A stretch of DNA of 64,000 nucleotides from Candidatus Melainabacteria bacterium RIFCSPHIGHO2_02_FULL_34_12 (GTDB taxonomy: Bacteria; Cyanobacteriota; Vampirovibrionia; 2-02-FULL-35-15), in the NCBI GenBank assembly GCA_001784555.1, contig MFRM01000003.1, positions 188,615 to 252,614 of the forward strand. The letters run 5' to 3'. Below, in pieces: positions 1 through 8,942 of the stretch. The notes under the pieces are model-generated. The model did no database searches. It was not told where the DNA came from and saw nothing but the letters and a program-made list of their open reading frames with translations. Numbering within the stretch: position 1 is the stretch's first letter; every line of letters starts with the position of its first letter. Both the position numbers and the translations under genes were made by a program.

Positions 1-53
1 ATAGGATAGGTTGTAACTCACCAAAAGAAGTTTTTGATTATTTAATATTAACT

Positions 54-914
54 TTGAAGGAGGAAATCAAGCAATGGGATTATTTTATTAATTGGGATAA
101 GGTGTTAAAAAACACTAAACGATACAAAGATAAATTATCTCTGCTTAATACTTTAATTGGCAAAAATAATATTGAGGCTGAATTAGTTAACTTCTTAAAA
201 GCAGAGCCCTCTATATGCCAAATATTACCAGCATTAATTGCATATAGAGAAGGAGAAAAAACGGGTAAAGTTAAAATATTAACCAATCACTCTTCCTCTC
301 CATTCGAATATAAGGAATATGAGTTTTTACATACCACCTCAATTAGTGATGGAGATATTCAAAAAGTTATTGAGTTTATAAAATCAACTGGCTTCTTAGA
401 GCTTCTAATTAATAAGGATATTACCAGTATAGTTGATTATTTTATTGGCTTGGAAGCAGGGCTAGATACAAATGCCAGAAAAAATAGAACTGGCAAAGCT
501 ATGGAGACAATTTTAGAAAACTTGATTGAAAAGATATGCTTGGAAAATAATTTAGAGTATATCCGACAAGCAACAACAAAAAAAATCAAAAATAAATGGG
601 GATTGGAATTATCCTTTGATAAATCCTCTCTAATTATAGATTTTGCTATTTACAATAAAGCAAAGCTCTATCTGCTTGAGGCAAACTTTTATAGTGGCGG
701 TGGCTCAAAACTAAAATCAACCGCTGGCGAATATAAAACTTTATTTAAAACAATAAATAATCAAGGACACAATTTTATATGGATTACTGATGGAGAAGGT
801 TGGAAAACATCCTCTCTTCCACTAGAAGAAACATTTAATCATATTGATCACTTGCTTAATCTTGAAATGGTTTCTAAAGGACTCTTAGAAGATATAGTAA
901 CAATGAATCTATAA
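54..914 (+). CDS. Type II restriction endonuclease, DpnII/MboI family (GATC-specific by homology)
   Basis: 286 aa. Block-wise match to my recollection of S. pneumoniae DpnII: 'QWDYFINWDKVLKNT', 'VDYFIGLEAGLDTNARKNRTGKAMETIL', 'LYLLEANFYSGGGSKLKSTAGEYK', 'FIWITDGEGW'. Length is similar to DpnII. The start is uncertain: TTG at 54 follows an in-frame TAA at 48..50. Confidence 0.85.
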   Translation: MKEEIKQWDYFINWDKVLKNTKRYKDKLSLLNTLIGKNNIEAELVNFLKAEPSICQILPALIAYREGEKTGKVKILTNHSSSPFEYKEYEFLHTTSISDGDIQKVIEFIKSTGFLELLINKDITSIVDYFIGLEAGLDTNARKNRTGKAMETILENLIEKICLENNLEYIRQATTKKIKNKWGLELSFDKSSLIIDFAIYNKAKLYLLEANFYSGGGSKLKSTAGEYKTLFKTINNQGHNFIWITDGEGWKTSSLPLEETFNHIDHLLNLEMVSKGLLEDIVTMNL

Positions 915-920
915 GATTCA

Positions 921-1142
921 TTACTCCTTCAAATCCAAAACCCAATCAGCACTAATAGAATAGATATCACAAAGAGCTTTGAATTTTGAAACAGGGATTT
1001 CAGTTTTACCTTCTTCTAACTTAAAGAGATTTACTCTATGCATTTTGATTTTGTGTGATTCATAGAGTAGATTTACTGCTCCTTGAAGTGACAAACCCAT
1101 TGATTCCCTTGCTTTTTTGAGTTTTTTATACCACTTAGCCAA
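921..1142 (-). CDS. XRE/Cro-type helix-turn-helix transcriptional regulator
   Basis: 73 aa. 'LKKARESMGLSLQGAVNLL...LFKLEEGKTEIPVSKFKALCDIYSISADWVL' has the HTH_3 layout. Convergent with the endonuclease gene. Confidence 0.7.
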   Translation of the reverse strand: MAKWYKKLKKARESMGLSLQGAVNLLYESHKIKMHRVNLFKLEEGKTEIPVSKFKALCDIYSISADWVLDLKE

Positions 1143-1265
1143 CTGTTTAACCTCTTAAATACAGGTTAATTGGCTAAGAATGGTGCTGTTATATACTATA
1201 TAACAACAATGTAGTATATGAGATAACAAGACTGTTCTTTGCTGGATTGTAAGGAGTTAAGAAAT

Positions 1266-1769
1266 ATGAAAACTGTAAAAATCAGCATACCTCTAGTATT
1301 AGCATTAATTTTATATACAGCATTCTCTTATGCTACATACGCCGAAAGTGGTTCAGATAAATATACTCCAACTAAACTTGAATGGCTTATGAACTACTTA
1401 AATTCATACTCAAATTCATTGCCTCGAGATTCCTATGATTGTTTAGTAAGATATGAGCCTAAGCCACCTAATACAGTTAATGTAACAATTATCTATGGCT
1501 TCAGAAAGTGTCCAAGTAAAACTGAGGCTGAAACTACACTTAGTCTTGCAGAGGGGACGATAAGAGAGTTTGCACATAAAAAAAATTGGAACTGGGTAAA
1601 TACTCAAGGAGAATTAAAAGAAATTAGCCAAGCAAGGCAAGAAGGTAACCAAGCTGTGAAAGAAAGCGCAGAGAGGGCTCTACAAATACTAATTAAAGAT
1701 CTTGGCAAAGATCATCCAGAAGTAAAAGATTTTCAGCAAAAATTAAACGAATGGTTTGATAAATACTAA
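1266..1769 (+). CDS. Hypothetical secreted protein
   Basis: ORF 1239..1769. The ATG at 1266 lies 9 nt after AAGGAG (1251..1256) and gives a signal-peptide-like 'MKTVKISIPLVLALILYTAFSYATYA'. No family recognised. Confidence 0.55.
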   Translation: MKTVKISIPLVLALILYTAFSYATYAESGSDKYTPTKLEWLMNYLNSYSNSLPRDSYDCLVRYEPKPPNTVNVTIIYGFRKCPSKTEAETTLSLAEGTIREFAHKKNWNWVNTQGELKEISQARQEGNQAVKESAERALQILIKDLGKDHPEVKDFQQKLNEWFDKY

Positions 1770-2041
1770 AGAGACAAATAAATAGTCAGCTGTTCCACCT
1801 ACAAACACTCTAGAAATATATAAGTCTAGTAACTAAATATAAAACCAAGCCCAATCTAAACTTTTCCTCTCGTCCCACTCCACCCACCAGAGTATAGTCA
1901 AAAAGTTTAGGTAGAGCAAGAGGTGTTATCCTGCAACATTTTTGATTTATATAATTTCTATTTTCAGATTCATAGTAAACTACAATCCAAAAAGTTTAAT
2001 TTACATAATTTAATAACTAAGGAAGACCACAAAAATCAAAC

Positions 2042-2060
2042 AAAGTATCGTAGCTATCGT
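2042..2060 (+). repeat. 19-bp exact direct repeat, copy 1 (AAAGTATCGTAGCTATCGT)
   Basis: Identical 19-mer recurs at 6659..6677. The two copies bracket the primase..PIN-like gene block. Confidence 0.9.
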
Positions 2061-2097
2061 AGACCAGGATTACTTACGACGGTAACGACGATACTTT
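2042..2097 (-). terminator. Hairpin 3' of the primase gene (candidate rho-independent terminator)
   Basis: AAAGTATCGT (2042..2051) pairs perfectly with ACGATACTTT (2088..2097). On the minus strand it is followed by GTTTGATTTTTG. It lies 5 nt after the primase stop. Confidence 0.5.
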
Positions 2098-2101
2098 AAG
2101 G

Positions 2102-4582
2102 CTATTCTTTTATGTTCGAGTTTTTAATTAGGATATATCTTGCTTTACCGTGACCTCTTGATAGCAATATTCCTTCATTTTGGAAATTTACTTTAAGTCT
2201 AAACAGAGATTCGCTAAGTTTATTTGCACCTTTAGGCCACTCTGAGTCTTTAGTATCAATATTAAGTTCTTTTGCTATGTATTGAAGCTCTTTTCTTAAA
2301 TCGGAGGCAGAACCTTTCCAATCAGACTTATCTTCCATCAACTTGATAACACAATCTCCAACTAAAGAAGTAGAAATGACCTCAGAATTCTGTGAATCAA
2401 CATTAGAACTATAAGTTTGCAGAAAATCTTCTTTTGTAAAACCTAATGCTTCAGCAATAGCACAACCCCAAAGAGTAAAATCAGCCATTCTTTCAAGCTT
2501 CTCCAGCTTTAGGTTTTGCTTGATATTTATTGCTTTAACAATTACATTGAAAATACCACCAAGAATCTTAGGCTTGTCTAATTCTAGCTGTTTGTACAGT
2601 TCATCTTCTCGTTTCCAATTACCATCAGAAATTCTCTCCAATTCAATTAATATACTTCTTTCCAATACATCTGACTTTTTGGTAGTTATATTAATTCCAT
2701 TTATCCCAACAAACCTTTGAATGTTATATATTACATCATCATCATTAGTATATAACTCTCTTTTGGTAAGTCCGCATCCTGTTACAACCCTACACAAAGT
2801 ATCAGAACACTGATCACTAAGTTCTGAGACATTATCATAGAAACAACACCATTGATGTGACATTTCTTGTATCAAGTCATTGACGCTACTCCTTAAGGTA
2901 TTTAAGCCTGCTGGAGATGGATCAATAAGATTTTTCAAGATCTTCAGAAATGTTGATTTAGCTGCACCTTGAGGTCCATAAACATTAACAATAGGATGAG
3001 GGAATCCATATATGAAACCACACACAATTATGACTAAAACTAATAGCTCTTGCTTTTTATCTTTTAAATTTAAATATTTTAGTATAAGTTTAATATCACC
3101 ATTATGTTCAGGGATCACTTGCACAGATTGTTGGGAGTATCTCTTAAACAGAATTGGTACTTGCTCAATTACTTCCCAGCCATCCTGTGTAACTTGTACT
3201 GCTTTCCACTTGTTATCTGCAAGATCATACCAATATTCATCACTGCTTCTCTTTGCAACTCTTACAAATAACTTATGTTCTTCCCCTTCAAACAAAGCTT
3301 TATACTCAAGGATTGATAAAGCTTGATTAATCAATTCAGGACTTGAACGCTTTCCAAGCATTTCCCAGCAAAGACCTGAAAGTAAAGTTTTAAACTTTTT
3401 ACTTCTAAGCGAACATGTTTCATAGTGATCTTTTATTTTAATCCGTATATAAGGCTCATTGGTGGAATCATAAAAAAGCTTTGACTCAGAGAATAAGCTA
3501 TCAATAACAAAAGAAAGTACATCATTACCAGGTATAGCACCTACTGCAATAGAGGAGTTGCATTTTCGATTTCTTTTGTCAATCTCTATTCTTTTAAGGG
3601 TATCAAAGATAAGTTGCAACTCATTCTCTTGAGTATCATCATAGTCCTTATTGCAAATTGATTTAAATTCTTTCCATACATTAGTATCAATATCATAATC
3701 TTTAAGTTTGAAAAATAAATTCTCAGCTATCTTAGAGAAATGACTTTGCCTTTCTAAAAGCACAGAGAATTTTTGTAGGTTTTCAATCTCACCTTCGAGA
3801 TACATGTTGAGATCTGACACTGGCAGGAAAATAATACTGGCTTGAGGATACATCATTTTAATTTTTATTGCTTCTGCTATTCCTGGATTATCATGATCAA
3901 GACAAATTAGTATTCTATTGAAGTTTTTAAAATGAATATCTTGATCTAGTTTAGAGGTTACATTAACTCCATGCACACTACAAACCGGATAATATTTAGA
4001 CGAAAAGTTTTCATCAACTAGACCTTGTAAAGCAAAAAGATTAGTGAACCCTTCTAGTAACAATAAAGAATCCTGTGATTTATAGTCTAAAGCTGCACAA
4101 AAGCTTGGTTTAATTTTTTTGTTGCTTTTAGGAAACCATCTATCACCTTTATCACTGAGTGGTTTTAGTTTATACCTGTCCCCAACTGGTATTGCTAATA
4201 CTTTGTTTCTGTTACACCATTTAATATTATTTACTGCGGCAACTTTATCTGGATTAGCAATGTATTTTACACGCTCCAAGTATATTTTGACTCTGTCAGG
4301 TAGATCTATTAAATCTAGTTTTTTTGCTCTCCAATCATCCGTACTATTTTTTTTTGTAAAGTAATCTCTTATATCATTTGAGATTAAATATGTGTGTGCT
4401 TTGTTTGCAAAACAATCATATTTATTGTCTGCTTCATTAAATCTGAAATTATCCTCCCTTGTATCTCCACCTTCTTGCTTACAATATTTGCAAGCAAATG
4501 TATATTCGTTACCAGACTTCTTGGAATCACCAAGAATTTGTTTTAAAGCTTCTAAACGCTCTTCAGCTGAAAATATAGGCAT
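2102..4582 (-). CDS. Mobile-element primase-helicase (zinc-finger + Toprim + VirE/P4-alpha-like P-loop NTPase)
   Basis: 826 aa. N-terminal Cys/His cluster 'CKYCKQEGG...CFANKAH'. Toprim-like 'LLLLEGFTNLFALQG' and 'ILICLDHDNPG'. C-terminal Walker A 'VYGPQGAAKSTFLKIL', as in VirE / P4-type primase C-terminal domains. Confidence 0.8.
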   Translation of the reverse strand: MPIFSAEERLEALKQILGDSKKSGNEYTFACKYCKQEGGDTREDNFRFNEADNKYDCFANKAHTYLISNDIRDYFTKKNSTDDWRAKKLDLIDLPDRVKIYLERVKYIANPDKVAAVNNIKWCNRNKVLAIPVGDRYKLKPLSDKGDRWFPKSNKKIKPSFCAALDYKSQDSLLLLEGFTNLFALQGLVDENFSSKYYPVCSVHGVNVTSKLDQDIHFKNFNRILICLDHDNPGIAEAIKIKMMYPQASIIFLPVSDLNMYLEGEIENLQKFSVLLERQSHFSKIAENLFFKLKDYDIDTNVWKEFKSICNKDYDDTQENELQLIFDTLKRIEIDKRNRKCNSSIAVGAIPGNDVLSFVIDSLFSESKLFYDSTNEPYIRIKIKDHYETCSLRSKKFKTLLSGLCWEMLGKRSSPELINQALSILEYKALFEGEEHKLFVRVAKRSSDEYWYDLADNKWKAVQVTQDGWEVIEQVPILFKRYSQQSVQVIPEHNGDIKLILKYLNLKDKKQELLVLVIIVCGFIYGFPHPIVNVYGPQGAAKSTFLKILKNLIDPSPAGLNTLRSSVNDLIQEMSHQWCCFYDNVSELSDQCSDTLCRVVTGCGLTKRELYTNDDDVIYNIQRFVGINGINITTKKSDVLERSILIELERISDGNWKREDELYKQLELDKPKILGGIFNVIVKAINIKQNLKLEKLERMADFTLWGCAIAEALGFTKEDFLQTYSSNVDSQNSEVISTSLVGDCVIKLMEDKSDWKGSASDLRKELQYIAKELNIDTKDSEWPKGANKLSESLFRLKVNFQNEGILLSRGHGKARYILIKNSNIKE

Positions 4583-4674
4583 GTTTTCTCCTTCTGACCT
4601 TACTGGTCAAATAATTTTTTTAGGAAAATAAAAATCAGGTTATAATTATATTGTTGAAATAAATTAATACCTTA

Positions 4675-4704
4675 ATAGCCCTACACCCATAGGGCTATTT
4701 TTTT
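4675..4704. terminator. Strong hairpin with T-tract (ATAGCCCTA-CACCCA-TAGGGCTAT-TTTTTT)
   Basis: Perfect 9-bp stem (4675..4683 / 4690..4698). A 7-T run follows on the plus strand; a weaker U-rich tail follows on the minus strand. Overlaps the stop of the RHH ORF. Confidence 0.4.
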
Positions 4705-4873
4705 ATCTCCTTTTTCTTTTTGAGTAATCACTTTTAATTAAGCTTCGAATATATGATGAGACTGGTCTGTCTTCTTCTACAGCGACCTCTTTTGCTTTAA
4801 CCCATGTTTCATCATCTACAGAGACACAACGAAGAGTAGGTCTTACTCTTATGTCAGTTTCTTCGCTTTGCAT
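4703..4873 (-). CDS. Small ribbon-helix-helix (CopG/Arc-like) protein, not in the supplied ORF track
   Basis: My own translation gives 56 aa: 'MQSEETDIRVRPTLRCVSVDDETWVKAKEVAVEEDRPVSSYIRSLIKSDYSKRKRR'. It has a beta-strand then two helices, the typical RHH pattern. GGAGG sits 7 nt upstream of the ATG (4873). Confidence 0.45.
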   Translation of the reverse strand: MQSEETDIRVRPTLRCVSVDDETWVKAKEVAVEEDRPVSSYIRSLIKSDYSKRKRR

Positions 4874-5071
4874 AATGATTGCCTCCTTTGATTTTAATCT
4901 TACCGTGCTTGTGTTTCTTTTTCTATTCAGAACATCTGGTTTACATTAACTTAAATTCTTTGAATATAGCTTTTATTATTGTTTTATATACTTAAAAAGC
5001 AAAACAATCACATTGAAAATCAATCTTCATATTTCGTTATACAAAAACCTCTGAAACCCAGTAGGGAAGCG

Positions 5072-5132
5072 GTGTATACACTAGCTTAGTGTGTACTAAG
5101 TTTTTTATTTTGATGTTAGTAGTACATACTAA
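5072..5132. promoter_or_regulatory. Cluster of palindromes in the divergent RHH / orf5270 intergenic region (candidate operators or iterons)
   Basis: GTGTATACAC (5072..5081). CTTAGT-GTGT-ACTAAG (5085..5100). TTAGTA-GTACA-TACTAA (5116..5132). Shared half-site TTAGT(A/G). Confidence 0.25.
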
Positions 5133-5269
5133 GAGTTAAAATATTTTGTTGTTGGTGTGGAACATGCACTGAGATTAAGAGGTTTTAAGTGGCTGCTATC
5201 CAGCTTGCATACAATGCAAAGCATAGATTATAATAAGGAAAGTAGAATTTAAAATGAGGAGTTAATAGT

Positions 5270-5560
5270 ATGAATACAAAAGAAATTAATCTGCATGTAT
5301 TAAAGCAAGCAGAAGAACTTGTCAATGTAATGGATGAATGTGAAATAATTTGTGCTGTGCTTCAAAAACAAAGTAATGGCACAATTAAATCTAATTGTTT
5401 TTCGTCACCTTCGTTGTATGATAAACCCAAGACAGTAAAGAGTATTTTGACTGATATTATTAAGGCTTTACCAACTGGAAAATTTGTTAGAGAAGGTGAA
5501 AGTATAGGGGTTGGGTATGAAGTTGAAAGGGAAGTTAGGGTTGAAAATAATAGCATCTAG
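5270..5560 (+). CDS. Hypothetical small protein
   Basis: 96 aa. GAGGAG about 10 nt upstream of the ATG. Lies immediately upstream of the PIN-like gene. No family recognised. Confidence 0.4.
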   Translation: MNTKEINLHVLKQAEELVNVMDECEIICAVLQKQSNGTIKSNCFSSPSLYDKPKTVKSILTDIIKALPTGKFVREGESIGVGYEVEREVRVENNSI

Positions 5561-5598
5561 TTTATTTTGACATGTAGCAGTTTTATTTAAATATTTTT

Positions 5599-6642
5599 AT
5601 GGACGTTTTTCTTGATACCAATGCTTTATGGGATGACTTACTCTTAGAAAAAGATTACTTTAATCTGTTAATAAATTATGTGCAAAAATCAAAATCAAAG
5701 ATTATTATTCCACAAGTTGTAGTCTCAGAGCTTGAGTGGGAGTACCAAAAAAAAGTAACAATGCACCTTGCAAATCTCAAGAAAGCCACAGGCTTTTTTC
5801 GGGAAAGTGGAGTAGAAATCAAGTTAGAGCATATTGCTCCTGAAAAGCTACTGAATATATACAAAGATAGGCTTTCATATAAATTTAACATTGAATATAA
5901 AAAGTACATTGAAATCTTACCTCCAAAACCTGAATATATTGAGCAACTATCTCATAGATCTATAAGAAGCATTCAACCTTTTATCTCAAGTGAAAAATCA
6001 AAAGATAGAGGGTTTAGAGATTCCCTAATATGGCTCACATTAATAGATAGGATGAAAGGTAGCAAACTTCCTTGTGCTCTAATTAGCAATGATGGAACAG
6101 CTTTTGGTAAAAGTGGAAAACTAATGCCTGAACTGGAAAAAGAAGCCAAAGAGAATGATTTTGAATTGCTGTATTATAACCAATTAAGTAACTTTGTAGA
6201 AGAAAAATCTGATCTCTTAGAATACTTAGATGAACAGTTTATTAAATCTCATCTCAAGAATGAGGAAATAATCCAGCTTGTATATAAAGTAGCCAATGAA
6301 TTACCCCAGGATGAAATACTAAAACAATATACATTAAAGAATGACGGTACTGATATTGCAGAGGGTATTCAGGAAATAAAAATTGGCGGTGTTACCTTTG
6401 CTGAATGCAGAAAGTATGAAGATGATAAAGGTATAACAAGGATTTTAACTACTTACTTAGTTAATCTTAGACCACTTATATTTAAATGGTCTCTTCCTGA
6501 TAAAACCTCTAAGATCGTAAGAGATTTTTGTCAAGATGTATACTTAAAAATATCTTCTAGACTGACTACAGATGACAAACTAATTGACCATAATTTGGAA
6601 GAACATATATTTATTGATGTAGTTAATATAAAAAACAAATGA
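5599..6642 (+). CDS. PIN-like nuclease domain protein with uncharacterised C-terminal domain (DUF4935-like)
   Basis: 347 aa. 'MDVFLDTNAL', 'IIIPQVVVSELE', 'DRGFRDSLIWL' and 'ALISNDGTAFG' give the four acidic positions expected of a PIN fold. About 150 aa of C-terminal extension are unassigned. Confidence 0.6.
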   Translation: MDVFLDTNALWDDLLLEKDYFNLLINYVQKSKSKIIIPQVVVSELEWEYQKKVTMHLANLKKATGFFRESGVEIKLEHIAPEKLLNIYKDRLSYKFNIEYKKYIEILPPKPEYIEQLSHRSIRSIQPFISSEKSKDRGFRDSLIWLTLIDRMKGSKLPCALISNDGTAFGKSGKLMPELEKEAKENDFELLYYNQLSNFVEEKSDLLEYLDEQFIKSHLKNEEIIQLVYKVANELPQDEILKQYTLKNDGTDIAEGIQEIKIGGVTFAECRKYEDDKGITRILTTYLVNLRPLIFKWSLPDKTSKIVRDFCQDVYLKISSRLTTDDKLIDHNLEEHIFIDVVNIKNK

Positions 6643-6658
6643 TTTTTAGAAGGAATAA

Positions 6659-6677
6659 AAAGTATCGTAGCTATCGT
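6659..6677 (+). repeat. 19-bp exact direct repeat, copy 2
   Basis: AAAGTATCGTAGCTATCGT, identical to 2042..2060. Lies 17 nt after the PIN-like gene stop. Confidence 0.9.
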
Positions 6678-6902
6678 TGATATTAAGTCAAAGAATCTTA
6701 GATTTAACTCTAGCCACACAAGCAGCAACATAGTTTCCCCACACCCCATTGATCAAAAATCCCCAAAGGGTGGTGGGTGTTTTTGATATGAATTAAGTAG
6801 TTGCTTGATTGACTTTCTCTATGACTATGTAAATGCTAACTATATACTTTGTAAATAAATGTGGGTACAATATATACGTATGGTTCTCATAACTTAAAAA
6901 GT

Positions 6903-6922
6903 TAGCAGGACATAGCAGGACA
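6903..6922 (+). repeat. Perfect tandem 10-mer (TAGCAGGACA x2)
   Basis: Read directly. Lies 64 nt upstream of the tRNA-Pro fragment. It may be a recombinase arm-type site, but that is speculative. Confidence 0.6.
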
Positions 6923-6985
6923 CAGAAAACTAAAAAGACTATCGTTGAAATCATTGCAGACAAAAGGTTTCAACTGCTTCTGAGG

Positions 6986-7030
6986 TGCTTTGGGAGCAGA
7001 GGGTCGCACGTTCAAATCGTGTCGCCCCGA
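6986..7030 (+). repeat. tRNA-Pro(UGG) 3' fragment (anticodon loop to discriminator), att-like copy 1
   Basis: TGC-TTTGGGA-GCA.. GGGTC GCACG-TTCAAAT-CGTGT CGCCCCG-A. Features: anticodon loop with UGG and G37, canonical T-arm (G53/C61), a 3' acceptor implying a C1:G72 start and discriminator A, as in bacterial tRNA-Pro. No D-arm or 5' acceptor upstream, so it is not a functional gene. Confidence 0.8.
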
Positions 7031-7067
7031 GAGTTGTAATAACATAGATATTGAAGGAGAGCATTTA

Positions 7068-7589
7068 ATGAAACCATTAGCAAAGGTTTATACACCAATA
7101 ACTTCAGGTGGAGCTATTTATCAACGAATGGGTCTTGGCTATGTTGATTGGCAAGATGCTTATTGGTCAGTTGGAGTTATTGAACCTCAACATTCTGTGG
7201 ATGCTTATACAAAGAAGCAAGGAGGATTACTAGAACAAATTATTCCACTATTTGCAATGAATGAAAAAGTAGAAGTTTCAATTCCTTCAACGGGGGAAAA
7301 AATTATTGGGACAGTAAAGGGGTATAAAAGAGCTAAAACTAGAGCTAAGACAAAAGCGAAATGTCTAGTTATGGGTGTAGTGCCAGATGGACAAAAAAAG
7401 ACTAAAAATATTTATATAGATCCATGGGAGCTAGACTTTAGAAATACAATAAACATGAGAGTAGAGAAAGGAGAAAGTCCATTAATAGCTAAATTAATAG
7501 GTGAAGATGGTAATGTTTACTTTGAGATCAAAAATCTTACTCATAAAAAATTACCGGCAGACAGAGCAGAATTCATAAATTTCGAATGA
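7068..7589 (+). CDS. Hypothetical protein (islet cargo)
   Basis: ORF 6990..7589. The ATG at 7068 follows GAAGGAGAG. The upstream part of the ORF merely reads through the tRNA fragment. No family recognised. Confidence 0.5.
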   Translation: MKPLAKVYTPITSGGAIYQRMGLGYVDWQDAYWSVGVIEPQHSVDAYTKKQGGLLEQIIPLFAMNEKVEVSIPSTGEKIIGTVKGYKRAKTRAKTKAKCLVMGVVPDGQKKTKNIYIDPWELDFRNTINMRVEKGESPLIAKLIGEDGNVYFEIKNLTHKKLPADRAEFINFE

Positions 7590-7628
7590 AGGTCTAAATC
7601 TATCTAAAATCTGTAAAAACCCCATTTG

Positions 7629-7648
7629 TTCAAATCGTGTCGCCCCGA
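7629..7648 (+). repeat. tRNA-Pro 3'-end fragment, att-like copy 2 (TTCAAATCGTGTCGCCCCGA)
   Basis: 20/20 identical to 7011..7030. Confidence 0.85.
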
Positions 7649-7658
7649 TTTTAGAGGA

Positions 7659-8828
7659 TCAGAAAGCATTTAACCCCAACTCATTAAAGATTTGTTTCCA
7701 TGGTAATATTTCAATTTCTCCTTGCTTTTGTCTTCTATCTACAAGACTTACACAAAAAAGTTTTGCTCTTTTGCAAGCTTCTTTAAATGATCGAAGTCCA
7801 TTAAGTGTTTTAGAGTCCATATTAGATGATGATTTTATTTCAATTGCAAAAACTTCTTTAGTTGGAGATTCAACTATCAAATCAACCTCTGCTCCATCAC
7901 TTGTCCTGTAAAATGAGAATTCAAAATCTTTTTTCAAATAACGCGAAAGTCTCATTATTTCAAGAATAATAAAATGTTCAAATGCTTTTCCATATAATGA
8001 AGTCCCTTCCTCTAGTTCAAGAGAGATTTGTTTTGACAAAGCTCTTTGAACGCCAGTATCAAAAAAATAAAATTTTGGGTGTTGTACAAGTTTCTTTCTG
8101 GCTGATTTTGCATATGGAAATAAATGAAATCCTATCAAAGTATCTTCTAAAATTTGAAAGAATTCTTTGACAGTTCTTCTCTCATTACCTGTTTCTCTGG
8201 CAAGATTGCTGTAGCTTATTATATTGCCATTTTCATCTGCTGCAAGTTTTAAAAATCTTAAAAATCCCCCGATATTTCTTATAAGAGCTTCTTGTCTTAT
8301 TTCTTCTTCTAAATAGGTTTCAATATAGGATCTTAAAGTATCACGAGCCACTTCGTTATTAGGATTTAAATAAACAGAGGGTAAAGTTCCGTAATTAAGA
8401 GCTCTGTCGAGATCAAATTTTTCTTTTAATTCTGTATGTGTAAGAGGGAATAGATAGAATGTCAATGCTCTTCCAGCAAGCAGATTTGCTTGGGATCTTT
8501 TTAGCTTTCTTGCACTAGATCCACTTAGGAAGAAATGAAGGCTTTTTCTCTCTTCAATTATTCTATGAATTTCATTTAATAGATCCGGGACTCTTTGTAT
8601 TTCATCAATGATAATGCATTTTATGTTTTGATTTAATGCTTCAATCTCTTTAGAAAGCACTCCAGGGTTTGTAGAAAATTTCATATATTCACTAGTTTTT
8701 AACAAATCATAATAAGCAAAGGATTCTTTTTTAAAAAAGTCTTTTAAAAATGTGCTTTTTCCAACTTGTCTTGGGCCAAATATGAAACAACTTTTGTTTA
8801 ACGGTAGTTTTAAAAAACGCTTTATCAT
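7659..8828 (-). CDS. AAA-family ATPase with DUF4143-type C-terminal domain
   Basis: 389 aa. Walker A 'GPRQVGKSTFLKDFF' and Walker B 'CIIIDEIQ'. Overall layout matches the widespread AAA_14 + DUF4143 'ATP-binding protein' family. Confidence 0.8.
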   Translation of the reverse strand: MIKRFLKLPLNKSCFIFGPRQVGKSTFLKDFFKKESFAYYDLLKTSEYMKFSTNPGVLSKEIEALNQNIKCIIIDEIQRVPDLLNEIHRIIEERKSLHFFLSGSSARKLKRSQANLLAGRALTFYLFPLTHTELKEKFDLDRALNYGTLPSVYLNPNNEVARDTLRSYIETYLEEEIRQEALIRNIGGFLRFLKLAADENGNIISYSNLARETGNERRTVKEFFQILEDTLIGFHLFPYAKSARKKLVQHPKFYFFDTGVQRALSKQISLELEEGTSLYGKAFEHFIILEIMRLSRYLKKDFEFSFYRTSDGAEVDLIVESPTKEVFAIEIKSSSNMDSKTLNGLRSFKEACKRAKLFCVSLVDRRQKQGEIEILPWKQIFNELGLNAF

Positions 8829-8942
8829 ACAAGATATTATACCCTATTTTAGGCATTCTTCTGCCAAATTTACGGCAAAAATAACATTCAGATGCCACTT
8901 TATTACTTATTTCTGAGGCATCTATTTTATACAACTGAGCGG

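Noticed and set aside
2520-4631. Four plus-strand ORFs (66-104 aa) inside the primase gene region
   Set aside because: They are antisense to a long ORF with clear Toprim and P-loop motifs, and their composition is Leu/Ser/Phe-rich and low-complexity. The same reasoning applies to the other short antisense ORFs listed inside ispH, clpC, nnr, lnt, aroA, the 1214-aa protein, the 914-aa protein and the HEAT-repeat gene (59769..60534).
6955-7030. A possible complete tRNA gene ending at 7030
   Set aside because: Only the anticodon loop, variable loop, T-arm and 3' acceptor strand are present. The about 30 nt upstream have no D-arm and no CGGGGCG 5' acceptor strand, and the anticodon stem has only 3 bp. 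I treat it as a displaced 3' fragment (att core).
6990-7067. N-terminal 26 codons of ORF 6990..7589
   Set aside because: They simply translate the tRNA fragment. A proper RBS and ATG occur at 7068.
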